Assembly: GCA_042408215.1 (NCBI GenBank)
Contig: JAYFMW010000006.1
Span: 608,001 to 672,000, forward strand
DNA length: 64,000 bases
Direction of reading: 5' to 3'
Origin: Microcoleus sp.
Lineage (GTDB): Bacteria > Cyanobacteriota > Cyanobacteriia > Cyanobacteriales > Microcoleaceae
Part shown: positions 48,000 through 58,498 of the stretch, piece after piece
Layout of the letters: each line of letters starts with the position of its first letter
Position numbering within the stretch: the stretch's first letter is position 1
Program-made: the position numbers and the translations under genes
Notes under the pieces: model-generated
Told to the model about the DNA's origin: nothing
Database searches by the model: none
The model's input: only the letters and a program-made list of their open reading frames with translations

Positions 48000-49661
48000 A
48001 TGTCAGAAATCTTTCCACCGAGCACCGGAAAATACACAAGTCGCCTCAATGACAACTCGACAGATAAACTGTGGATGTTGGCTTGGATGTTCGCTGCTTT
48101 ACTAATCTTCGGGCTGAATCTCGGCGGCGTGGCTTTGCGGGATTGGGATGAAGCTATTGTGGCCCAGGTGAGTCGCGAAATCTGGCGCGGTAACTTAAAT
48201 TGGCTGTATCCAACCATCGACGGAGTGCCTTATTTGAACAAGCCACCCCTGGTACACTGGCTGATCGGGCTGTGTTTTGCCGTCGGCGGTGTCAGCGAAT
48301 GGACAGCCCGGTTGATGCCCGCCTTCCTCACAGCCACTTCAGTGCCCCTGCTTTACGCCATTGGCAGGGAGTTGTTTCCCAGACGCTCGATCGCCATTTT
48401 TTCGACTTTGGTCTATCTGACGCTGTTACCGGTGGTGCGGAATGGACGTTTGGCGATGTTGGATGGGGCGGTTTTGTGTTTTTTGCTGGCGGCGATGTGG
48501 TGTTTGTTGCGATCGCGCCGTGATTTGCGCTACGCCTTGGGCGCCGGTATTGGCTTCGGACTCATTTGCTTGACTAAGGGCGTGATGTTGGGGCTGCTAC
48601 TGGGGGCGATCGGCTTTTTGTTCCTAGTTTGGGATACCCCGCGACTCCTCACTTCTGGGTATCTTTGGGGCGGATTGGCGATCGGAACTGTCCCAGTAGC
48701 AGGTTGGTATTTTGCCCAATGGGTGCACTATGGTCAAGATTTCATCAACACCAATTTAGTCAACCAATCATTCCGGCGCATTTTGGAAACTGTTGAGCGT
48801 CACAAAGCCCCACCCTGGTATTATGTTTTAGAAATTTTCAAATCAGCTTGGCCTTGGCAATTATTTTGGCTGCAAGGACTGCGTTTGACATGGGAAAATC
48901 GCAATTTTCCTGGACCGAAATTAGTTTTAGTTTGGAGTGGAGTTTATCTGCTGGCTATTTCGGTGATGAATACTAAATTGCCTTGGTATATCTTACCAAT
49001 TTATCCAGCTTTTGCCCTAGCTGTTGGCAGTTATCTCGCCGAAGTTTGGGAGCAAATGTGGCTACCAGAAGAACGGGAAAAAGAGGAAGCAGAGGAACAT
49101 TTTGATGCTGTATCTTGTTTACCTCATCCGGCGATTTTGGGAGTGCTGGCTATAGTTGCTGTTGTCGGCTGCATTTACTTCAGCGGCTTAGTGCAAATTG
49201 GGAAACAAATTGCGCCGATGGAGCGAGATTTGCAGTTAATGCTGATGTTTGTAGCGTTGACAATGACAATATCGGCTGTGTTGCTGCATCGAAAAGACCG
49301 ACAGTTTCTATTAGTTTTAATTTGGGGAACTTACGTTACGCTGTTGGTATTTGTCGCATCAGATAACTGGGTTTGGGAATTGGCGGAGGATTATCCAGTT
49401 AAGCCGATCGCCGAAATAGTCCGCCAAGGAACCCCGGCTGGTCAACAAGTGTTTACTTCTCACCGCTTACCGCGTCCATCGCTGAATTTTTACAGCGAAC
49501 ACCAAGTTATTGTGGCTGACGGGCCAACACTAAAAGAAAAATGGCAAACTCTCCCTCAACCTTATTTTCTGTTGGAGAAACCAGTGCTCAAACATCTAGG
49601 TTTGCAGAATGCTGAGATTGTGAAAACAGTTGATGATTGGGTTTTGGTAACTCGAAAATAA
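48000..49661 (+). CDS. ArnT/PMT-family (GT-C) glycosyltransferase
   Basis: DWDE, NKPPL, LTKG and KLPWYILPIYP; many TM helices. Confidence 0.9.
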   Translation: MSEIFPPSTGKYTSRLNDNSTDKLWMLAWMFAALLIFGLNLGGVALRDWDEAIVAQVSREIWRGNLNWLYPTIDGVPYLNKPPLVHWLIGLCFAVGGVSEWTARLMPAFLTATSVPLLYAIGRELFPRRSIAIFSTLVYLTLLPVVRNGRLAMLDGAVLCFLLAAMWCLLRSRRDLRYALGAGIGFGLICLTKGVMLGLLLGAIGFLFLVWDTPRLLTSGYLWGGLAIGTVPVAGWYFAQWVHYGQDFINTNLVNQSFRRILETVERHKAPPWYYVLEIFKSAWPWQLFWLQGLRLTWENRNFPGPKLVLVWSGVYLLAISVMNTKLPWYILPIYPAFALAVGSYLAEVWEQMWLPEEREKEEAEEHFDAVSCLPHPAILGVLAIVAVVGCIYFSGLVQIGKQIAPMERDLQLMLMFVALTMTISAVLLHRKDRQFLLVLIWGTYVTLLVFVASDNWVWELAEDYPVKPIAEIVRQGTPAGQQVFTSHRLPRPSLNFYSEHQVIVADGPTLKEKWQTLPQPYFLLEKPVLKHLGLQNAEIVKTVDDWVLVTRK

Positions 49662-49664
49662 GTT

Positions 49665-50087
49665 GAGTAGTCAGAAACCGGGTTTTTTCCACAAGACTCA
49701 TTACAGACCGAAAACTGCGAAAAACCCGGTTTCTTTGGTTTACGAGTAATCAGAAACCGGGTTTTTTCCACAAGACTCATTACAGCACCCAAAACTGCGA
49801 AAAACCCGGTTTCTTTGGTTTACGAGTAATCAGAAACCGGGTTTTTTCCACAAGACTCATTACAGACCGAAAACTGCGAAAAACCCGGTTTCTTTGGTTT
49901 ACGAGTAATCAGAAACCGGGTTTTTTCCACAAGACTCATTACAGACCGAAAACTGCGAAAAACCCGGTTTCTTTGGTTTACGAGTAGTCAGAAACCGGGT
50001 TTTTTCCACAAGACTCATTACAGACCGAAAACTGCGAAAAACCCGGTTTCTTTGGTTTACGAGTAGTCAGAAACCGGGTTTTTACCA
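49665..50087. repeat. About 79-bp REP-like tandem repeat, 5 full copies plus a partial one abutting the CRISPR array
   Basis: AGAAACCGGGTTTT...AAAACCCGGTTTCT units with near-identical linkers. Confidence 0.93.
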
Positions 50088-53000
50088 CATTCAATTAGTT
50101 TCCCCAACGAGTGGGGAGTACACAGACGATCGAGAAATATCTAGACGAAGCACAATTTAAGTTTCCATTCAATTAGTTTCCCCAACGAGTGGGGAGTTAA
50201 GACTTACACTGACAAAGATGCTAGTCATTTAATGTTTCCATTCAATTAGTTTCCCCAACGAGTGGGGAGTTTCGATCGCGCTGAGCCATAGTCATCGCCA
50301 ACCGCAGTCCAGTTTCCATTCAATTAGTTTCCCCAACGAGTGGGGAGCAAAGATATGATTCGCTATTTAGTCAGCGATAGGCGGTTTCCATTCAATTAGT
50401 TTCCCCAACGAGTGGGGAGCGACAGAACAAATAAGAGTTCCCAATTTGCACAACAGAAAAGTTTCCATTCAATTAGTTTCCCCAACGAGTGGGGAGCAAG
50501 CACATAACAGCCAAGGTAGCGCCCATAGGGTTGTTTCCATTCAATTAGTTTCCCCAACGAGTGGGGAGCGTCACAAGAGCTCAAGGTTATGACAACCTCG
50601 ACCTAGTTTCCATTCAATTAGTTTCCCCAACGAGTGGGGAGTTGTGGTATGTAGAGGCGGTAGCTGGACGTACTCGCAATCAATAGTTTCCATTCAATTA
50701 GTTTCCCCAACGAGTGGGGAGTAGTTATCTACGGAGGTGTGGAATGGCACCCTCGTTTCCATTCAATTAGTTTCCCCAACGAGTGGGGAGATATCGTTGG
50801 AAAATCTGGAAGAACCACCAGAACCAGACGGCGACGAACTAGACGTTTCCATTCAATTAGTTTCCCCAACGAGTGGGGAGCGAATTGCAGCCAGAAATGC
50901 AACTTGGCCCAACTGCAGGCAATGGAGTTTCCATTCAATTAGTTTCCCCAACGAGTGGGGAGTTCTGTAACGGTGAAGAAGACTTATACGTAAAGGCTAC
51001 AAGAAGGGTTTCCATTCAATTAGTTTCCCCAACGAGTGGGGAGGGGCGGTATGTATTGTCAGGCCTAGGCTTCCTTACTGACCTTGGTTTCCATTCAATT
51101 AGTTTCCCCAACGAGTGGGGAGCTTCCGCAAAACCCAATTTCGATTAAACACCCTAATTAGCTCGTTTCCATTCAATTAGTTTCCCCAACGAGTGGGGAG
51201 AGCACATCAGCAACCCCCGTAACTTGGTATAGCAACAACTACTGGGTTTCCATTCAATTAGTTTCCCCAACGAGTGGGGAGTCAACATACGCAACGAGCA
51301 GGGTGCCAAGCAAACCTATGTCTGTTTCCATTCAATTAGTTTCCCCAACGAGTGGGGAGACGGCCGTAAGATACGCTGATTTGTTGCTTCAAAAAATTAC
51401 AGAAGTTTCCATTCAATTAGTTTCCCCAACGAGTGGGGAGTTTTAATCCTCCCGTTCTTGTATCCCGATTCAGGATGTTTCCATTCAATTAGTTTCCCCA
51501 ACGAGTGGGGAGCAAGAATGCGACGGACGCTGGTGGGCATGGCTAGACGGTGGCATGTTTCCATTCAATTAGTTTCCCCAACGAGTGGGGAGCGCTGTCT
51601 ATCGTGTACAAAAGCGTGTAAAGTATCTAGTTTCCATTCAATTAGTTTCCCCAACGAGTGGGGAGGAATGAAGGACCTGATGGTAAGAAGAAGGATGGTA
51701 CTGTTTCCATTCAATTAGTTTCCCCAACGAGTGGGGAGTTGAGGTCAGTATCCACCCCATTCAGAGGGGCGGTACGTTTCCATTCAATTAGTTTCCCCAA
51801 CGAGTGGGGAGCCCATAGCTTAGTGAAGGCCGGCCCCAGCGAAGGTAAGTTTCCATTCAATTAGTTTCCCCAACGAGTGGGGAGGGGTGGGTACCTCGCT
51901 CAAGCCCATGGGTGCTACGGTTTCCATTCAATTAGTTTCCCCAACGAGTGGGGAGGTTGGGTACATGTAAGACACCACACAAACCCATGGTGAGCAAGTT
52001 TCCATTCAATTAGTTTCCCCAACGAGTGGGGAGCCTTCTTCGAGTCCTTCACTATCGCCCTACAAAATAAGGGTGTTTCCATTCAATTAGTTTCCCCAAC
52101 GAGTGGGGAGGAGTCTACCAATACCTTCTATAGAAGCACCATACACAGTGGTTTCCATTCAATTAGTTTCCCCAACGAGTGGGGAGATGGTTATCTTCTG
52201 AGGTTGGACAACAAGTAGAGGCAATGGGTTTCCATTCAATTAGTTTCCCCAACGAGTGGGGAGTGCCCGTAAGTCCGTGTCTCGCCGTACTCAATCCATT
52301 GTTTCCATTCAATTAGTTTCCCCAACGAGTGGGGAGCGCGTCAATACCAGTAAATGTATGGTATACACCCCTTATGTTTCCATTCAATTAGTTTCCCCAA
52401 CGAGTGGGGAGCACTCAGCTATATAGCGCTGTCTTCAAAGCAGCAGGCTTAGGTTTCCATTCAATTAGTTTCCCCAACGAGTGGGGAGAAGGAGTACCGC
52501 ATCTATGGCCCTGGGGAAGAGATGGTAGGTTTCCATTCAATTAGTTTCCCCAACGAGTGGGGAGCCAATAATCAAACTATCAGCACCACCATGAACGGTT
52601 TCCATTCAATTAGTTTCCCCAACGAGTGGGGAGCCAACCCTGATGCTCAGTGCAGCAACCACTTTCCGTTTCCATTCAATTAGTTTCCCCAACGAGTGGG
52701 GAGCTTGGATCAGATATCCGTGCTCCTCGCCGAGGAAGTAAAGTTTCCATTCAATTAGTTTCCCCAACGAGTGGGGAGTGTACAAATCGAAGATAGTGAC
52801 AACAAGGAAGGTTTCCATTCAATTAGTTTCCCCAACGAGTGGGGAGGTATTAAGACTGCGTTAATGGGGGAAAAGATTGTCGCAATTAGTTTCCATTCAA
52901 TTAGTTTCCCCAACGAGTGGGGAGGGAATGAATTAAAAGCGCTAACCGCACCCGTAGAGCCAGAGCGTTTCCATTCAATTAGTTTCCCCAACGAGTGGGG

Positions 53001-54762
53001 AGTATAGGAAAGCTAATAAATGGTCCCTATGCAGTAGTACGTTTCCATTCAATTAGTTTCCCCAACGAGTGGGGAGAAGATGACGGCAAGGCGTGGTCAC
53101 ACAGCACATACGCGTTTCCATTCAATTAGTTTCCCCAACGAGTGGGGAGAAGGCAAACCCCCACACCTCTAGCAAAGACAAGGGGTCTAGTTTCCATTCA
53201 ATTAGTTTCCCCAACGAGTGGGGAGGGCGGCTGCATTGCATGGATTCAATAACGTGGCCTTTGTCATCGAGGTTTCCATTCAATTAGTTTCCCCAACGAG
53301 TGGGGAGAGAATACCGAAATAACGACCGACATCCTGATACTAAAATTTCCATTCAATTAGTTTCCCCAACGAGTGGGGAGCCTTGTTAGTTAATGGCGCC
53401 ATTGAAGGTACCCAAGTGTATTTCCATTCAATTAGTTTCCCCAACGAGTGGGGAGGGTAACATTACCCGATGTAAGGGTATTAGTGGGAGATCCATCTAC
53501 TGTGCCAAATTTCCATTCAATTAGTTTCCCCAACGAGTGGGGAGTAAGAAGGTAATCAACAACAACCTAATCCCTGCTGCTATTGCAAAATTTCCATTCA
53601 ATTAGTTTCCCCAACGAGTGGGGAGTCTATCAACCCTTCATTCATTGAGACAGTCTCCCTAATTTCCATTCAATTAGTTTCCCCAACGAGTGGGGAGATC
53701 AAAGTAATCAATCATCATGGCTAACATATTCAATTTCCATTCAATTAGTTTCCCCAACGAGTGGGGAGTTGGCTGCTTCATCTGCCACTAACTCCGCAGC
53801 TAAAGCAGCATTTCCATTCAATTAGTTTCCCCAACGAGTGGGGAGGTAATCAATGGGGTAACGGTGCACGCTATCTGTGCTGCTAAATTTCCATTCAATT
53901 AGTTTCCCCAACGAGTGGGGAGTGACCTATGCAGACCTAACTAAGGTGGACCACACTGAAATTTCCATTCAATTAGTTTCCCCAACGAGTGGGGAGTGTC
54001 TCCAAGGCACGCCGTTGTACTCAAGTCTCTGCCGTTAATTTCCATTCAATTAGTTTCCCCAACGAGTGGGGAGTCTACACCCTCCTCGATACCAGTGCGG
54101 TGGGATATAAGGAATGCGATTTCCATTCAATTAGTTTCCCCAACGAGTGGGGAGGTCCATCGCTAACTTCCTGACCCCCGTAATGAAAGAGGGAGAATTT
54201 CCATTCAATTAGTTTCCCCAACGAGTGGGGAGGATAACATCGTAGATAAAGCCGCCCGTAAGGCTGAAGCTAAATTTCCATTCAATTAGTTTCCCCAACG
54301 AGTGGGGAGGATAATACCCCTGTACCAGTATCACAGTGGCTCTGTGGTAATTTCCATTCAATTAGTTTCCCCAACGAGTGGGGAGAGCAAGAAGAACGAC
54401 ACATGTCAAAGCTCCAAGAGGAAATTTCCATTCAATTAGTTTCCCCAACGAGTGGGGAGTTAACTTGACAGCTCGTTAATCGCTGAGGAGTTTTTCGCAT
54501 TTCCATTCAATTAGTTTCCCCAACGAGTGGGGAGTCTTGTTTTTTGTTTGTGTCCGAGGTGTTACCCTCATACAAATTTCCATTCAATTAGTTTCCCCAA
54601 CGAGTGGGGAGCACAATTGGGTGAGAATATCTCGTACACTCCCGAATTTCCATTCAATTAGTTTCCCCAACGAGTGGGGAGCCTAGGGTGGTGCCATAAC
54701 GATCTACACGGCAACAACATAGTCATATTTCCATTCAATTAGTTTCCCCAACGAGTGGGGAG
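50088..54762 (-). CRISPR. CRISPR array, 62 repeats / 61 spacers (manual count); 36-bp repeat CTCCCCACTCGTTGGGGAAACTAATTGAATGGAAA(C/T)
   Basis: Repeats are separated by unique spacers of about 32-54 bp. Orientation is inferred from the GAAAC 3' end, the leader beside cas2, and the truncated trailer repeat at 50088. Confidence 0.99.
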
Positions 54763-54949
54763 TCCTCTACATTAAACCTCATACAGCGCAAGATGTCTAG
54801 AGGCCATTTGCGAGGACTCCCAAAAATCTCTGTACAAACACCCTCCCAACCAATGTTACTAATGCCTGAAACCCTTACAGGGCAGTATATCGAAGGCTCC
54901 GACGAACTTCCGCCATCACAGCCATTTCTTCCAGCCCTCGCGAGTGATA
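54763..54949 (-). promoter_or_regulatory. CRISPR leader
   Basis: Non-coding gap between the cas2 stop and the first repeat. Confidence 0.75.
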
Positions 54950-55231
54950 TTAGATAATCACCGACCCCGGCAACTCCGTGACAGGCGGGCCCACCCCCCA
55001 AGTCTGAACATTGCCCAAAGTATGCCCCGACACAGGATAGAACCTAATACTGTCCTCATCTAAATTGATTAACTTTCGGAGTCGCCGCTGGAGTTCTGCA
55101 AACTTCGCAGTTGGCAGCACACACTCAAAGGTAGAATATTGCACCCACTTGCCGTAACCTTTGAGTAAGTCATGCACCTTTTGTCTGCGCTTGTCAACCG
55201 GAATATCGTAGACAACGATATAAAGCAGCAT
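54950..55231 (-). CDS. cas2: CRISPR-associated Cas2
   Basis: VVYDI, VQYSTFEC and DSIRFY. Confidence 0.97.
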   Translation of the reverse strand: MLLYIVVYDIPVDKRRQKVHDLLKGYGKWVQYSTFECVLPTAKFAELQRRLRKLINLDEDSIRFYPVSGHTLGNVQTWGVGPPVTELPGSVII

Positions 55232-55234
55232 ACT

Positions 55235-56227
55235 TTATCGAATTTGATAAGGTTGATAAAGCTCAAGAGGATTGTATACAAACTGCTTGAAAGCTTTCAC
55301 CTGCTGGTTAAGCAAATCCCATTTAGGTTGAGTGTCCCCGGAATTATTAGTAAAACCCTCTTCCATCCGTCGCAGAAAAGCTGTCAAAAATTTCTGTCGC
55401 CCAGAATCATTGAGAAAACAGCCACTATTTCGGAAAACAAAATCTTGGTCAGCTTTCATCATGCCGTTATTGACAAGATAAAAAACCAAACTATCAATAA
55501 TCGGTGCCCGAAATTCCTCAATCAAATCCGAAGCCAAAGCCGCATGGCGTTCCGTTCCCTGATGCAAACAAGCCGAATAAGGATCGAGCCCTTGCAACTC
55601 AATCAAACTCAACAAATGATTCCAGAGAACTTGATAGCCAAAACTGAGCATAGAATTAACCGGATTACCCGGAGGGCGGCGCGACCTACCCACAAACACA
55701 AAATCAGGATTGCTCAAACACTCTTCAAAAGCCGAAAAATACTGAGCCGCCCCCGCACCTTCCATCCCCATCAACTTCTCAATAGTTTCAGCCTCCCCAG
55801 CTTTTTTGATTAAATGTTCCAAACAGTTAATTGCAAAAGCAATGACATCAGAAGCTTGTCGGCGCTGCTGTCGCATGAGGATCACCCTGCTGTTTTTCAG
55901 CTTAGCCTGCACAATGCGTCTGGCTACTTGCAAACGTTCAGCAAAACACAACTGTTGCTGATAGCGAGAGAGTTGTCTGTAGCCCCGTTCGATAGGAAGA
56001 ATCCGCCCGTAACAGTAACCCATGCGGGAAAGATAAGCAATGGGAATATTCCGCCACAGACAAGTTCTAATTGCTTGAGTTGTGACTTGAGACTTACCAA
56101 AAATCAGCAGTTGTTCAAGCAAAGGAAGCTGTATTTCACCCAGCACAGATTCGCCTTTTTTGATAACCAACATTTCTTGGTGCAAGGAAACGTAACAACC
56201 AGGTTGAGAAACATAAACGGTACGCAT
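55235..56227 (-). CDS. cas1: CRISPR-associated Cas1 (no RT fusion)
   Basis: GMEGAGAAQYF, NSMLSFGY and LASDLIEEFR. Confidence 0.97.
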   Translation of the reverse strand: MRTVYVSQPGCYVSLHQEMLVIKKGESVLGEIQLPLLEQLLIFGKSQVTTQAIRTCLWRNIPIAYLSRMGYCYGRILPIERGYRQLSRYQQQLCFAERLQVARRIVQAKLKNSRVILMRQQRRQASDVIAFAINCLEHLIKKAGEAETIEKLMGMEGAGAAQYFSAFEECLSNPDFVFVGRSRRPPGNPVNSMLSFGYQVLWNHLLSLIELQGLDPYSACLHQGTERHAALASDLIEEFRAPIIDSLVFYLVNNGMMKADQDFVFRNSGCFLNDSGRQKFLTAFLRRMEEGFTNNSGDTQPKWDLLNQQVKAFKQFVYNPLELYQPYQIR

Positions 56228-56246
56228 AAGCAATTATTGGGTAATC

Positions 56247-56472
56247 AGAAACCGGGTTTTTCCGAAATACTTCGTCACACCACCTAAAAACCCATAAAAA
56301 CCCGGTTTCTTAGATTTTCGGGTAGCCAGAAACCGGGTTTTTGCGACAATACTCGTTACCGACGCAAAAACCCCGAAAAACCCGGTTTCTTAGACTTTGG
56401 AGTAGCCAGAAACCGGGTTTTTGCGAAAATACTCGTTACCGACGCAAAAACCCGGAAAAACCCGGTTTCTTA
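56247..56472. repeat. REP-like palindromic cluster (3 units)
   Basis: Same GAAACCGGGTTTT family as at 10.9 kb and 49.7 kb. Confidence 0.9.
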
Positions 56473-56568
56473 GATTGTTGTGTGGGGGCGGGTTTATGTA
56501 GATGGTTGGTGGGTTTCAAATGTTATTGGTGAAACCCGCCCCTACAGCATTTGGATGGAGATATAAAA

Positions 56569-56853
56569 TTATTTCCGTTCTAAATTTTGCGAATCCCGTG
56601 GGAGAATTTGCGACGATTCCGGGGTATAATCTAAGGAATTTGGGATTTCTTTGGTGCGAGAAGGTTGGAGGTAGCGAACGATTTGGTCGGCGATGGTGGA
56701 TGCAAAAAAAGTGGCTAATGTGACTAGGAATGTGTTAGAAATTACCGCTGCTAATCCCAGGGGTGCGATGAGGAGAATGATGAGAGTGATGGTGCCGTTG
56801 ACGGCGGCTAGGGAGAAGTTGCGGATTGTGGAGGCGCGAGATGTGATGTACAT
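56569..56853 (-). CDS. csx18: CRISPR-associated membrane protein Csx18
   Basis: VNGTITLIILLIAPLGLAAVI; two TM helices; position next to cas1. Confidence 0.8.
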   Translation of the reverse strand: MYITSRASTIRNFSLAAVNGTITLIILLIAPLGLAAVISNTFLVTLATFFASTIADQIVRYLQPSRTKEIPNSLDYTPESSQILPRDSQNLERK

Positions 56854-56999
56854 AGTTGTGTTATTTTGTGTTGAATATGGATGGTAAAGTTTGGTTGTAA
56901 ATGGTGGTTGAAGGTAAAAATTTTAGTTAAGTTTGTGAGGCGGCCGGGGGTTGAAAACCCCGGCGGATGGGTGAATCTGTTGCAGATAGATAGTCGGTT

Positions 57000-58496
57000 T
57001 TATTTTTGCAGTTCGTAACGGGCGATCGCGTTCACCAATTCATCATGTACTTTCGCCATCAAACTAGCTGATTTTAACGAAACAAAGTTTTGCTTTGAAA
57101 CGAAATTTAAACAGCCCAAAACTCGCGATTCCCACTTTTCTTTACTATCTGTATTCCAAGCTTGGAATACATCTTTTCCCTCCAAACCATGCAAAGAATG
57201 AAAAGTCAAATTTCTTTCACCTATGGTATCGCCAGCAACTATTTGAATGTGAGGGTTTTGATTCCATTTATCTCGGTCAGATGCTTCAAGTAAAGTAAAT
57301 AGTGCTTTACCAAATAAGCCCACATTATTGTAATCGCGATTTTTATTTGCATTAAACCAATACCGTAAATTCTGAGGCAAATTTACATCATGGATATATG
57401 CTGTACTTGGTTGCTTGGCATTAGAGTATTTAATTTGTGGCTTATACTTGTATAATGCCCATTCTTTAATCAATCCTTCCACAGCCCGAAAACTGTGAAA
57501 TAGTGCCTCAACAGTGTTGTCTTGTTTTAAACGAATCACGCCTAAATAAGCAGCCTCATAACCCATCCACCACCACTCATTCAAACGCTCTTCTGCAACT
57601 TCTCCCCTAGCCTTACCAAAATCTTCAAACTTAGCAAAATTCCACTGTACCGCCATTCCTAACAAATCGCGAATTTCCACCAATAACGGATCTACAGAAT
57701 CTTTCCAGTAAGGTTTTAAAATGAGTTCAACTCCCTGGTAGTCATAGCGCTTTAATAACGCTTTCGCCTCTTGGACTAGCATCCCCTGCAAATAAGTAGA
57801 GCTTTCTATAAAATCACCCTTCTCTGCTAACTTTTCTTCATACTCATTGCTCACCAAAAACTTGACTTTATTACCAAACTTTGCTAAGCAATCAAATTGA
57901 ACAGCCGAAGAAATAGCTGGAGTTCCCGCCTGATGGCTAACATAGACATTTGCACTTTTATCAAACTCTAAACTAGACAAAGCTTGCTGAACCAGAAACA
58001 GTGCTTTATTCCAATTATCTAATCCCTCATTTTGGGATTTTGGTTTCAATTCTAAGTAATCAATTGATTTAACTTTAGGAAATTTTCTCTCAAAATATTT
58101 CTCAAATATCGGCTGAAGAGTGCAAGTATCCTGCCAATAGGGACTTTTTTCTATCCTCCTGTCTTGCTCATCAAAAACTGCTTCCTGATTAGTCAAAATC
58201 ACGATGATTCTGTCAGGATTTGTTCTGCCTTGTTCTAGCAGCTTGGCAGAAAAAGCATCCAACAGCGGAAAGTGCAAATCCTCATAATATTCATCTGTCA
58301 ACTGCGTTCCATAAACCATCCCCATCGCTCTCGCTGGTACGATAAAAGGTTCGCTATCATCAGTATTAGGCGGTTTTGTAGGTGCAAAACGGCGATCGTA
58401 TAATTGACTTCTCACCTTTCTAAACAAAGTCCCCCAATTGTCATCAGTTTTGAGCTTGACATCGCTGTTACCAGTAGTCACAATCCAGATATTCAT
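57000..58496 (-). CDS. Putative CARF-like + HEPN type III accessory ribonuclease
   Basis: N-terminal IVTTGNSD strand-loop and VYVSHQAGTPAIS (CARF-like); C-terminal RNLTFH fits RxxxxH; immediately after cmr6. Confidence 0.6.
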   Translation of the reverse strand: MNIWIVTTGNSDVKLKTDDNWGTLFRKVRSQLYDRRFAPTKPPNTDDSEPFIVPARAMGMVYGTQLTDEYYEDLHFPLLDAFSAKLLEQGRTNPDRIIVILTNQEAVFDEQDRRIEKSPYWQDTCTLQPIFEKYFERKFPKVKSIDYLELKPKSQNEGLDNWNKALFLVQQALSSLEFDKSANVYVSHQAGTPAISSAVQFDCLAKFGNKVKFLVSNEYEEKLAEKGDFIESSTYLQGMLVQEAKALLKRYDYQGVELILKPYWKDSVDPLLVEIRDLLGMAVQWNFAKFEDFGKARGEVAEERLNEWWWMGYEAAYLGVIRLKQDNTVEALFHSFRAVEGLIKEWALYKYKPQIKYSNAKQPSTAYIHDVNLPQNLRYWFNANKNRDYNNVGLFGKALFTLLEASDRDKWNQNPHIQIVAGDTIGERNLTFHSLHGLEGKDVFQAWNTDSKEKWESRVLGCLNFVSKQNFVSLKSASLMAKVHDELVNAIARYELQK

Positions 58497-58498
58497 AA

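Noticed and set aside
50396..54174. Many short ORFs in the array
   Set aside because: They are translations of CRISPR repeats and spacers.
55172..56287. Long + strand ORFs over cas1
   Set aside because: Antisense shadows with no recognisable motifs.
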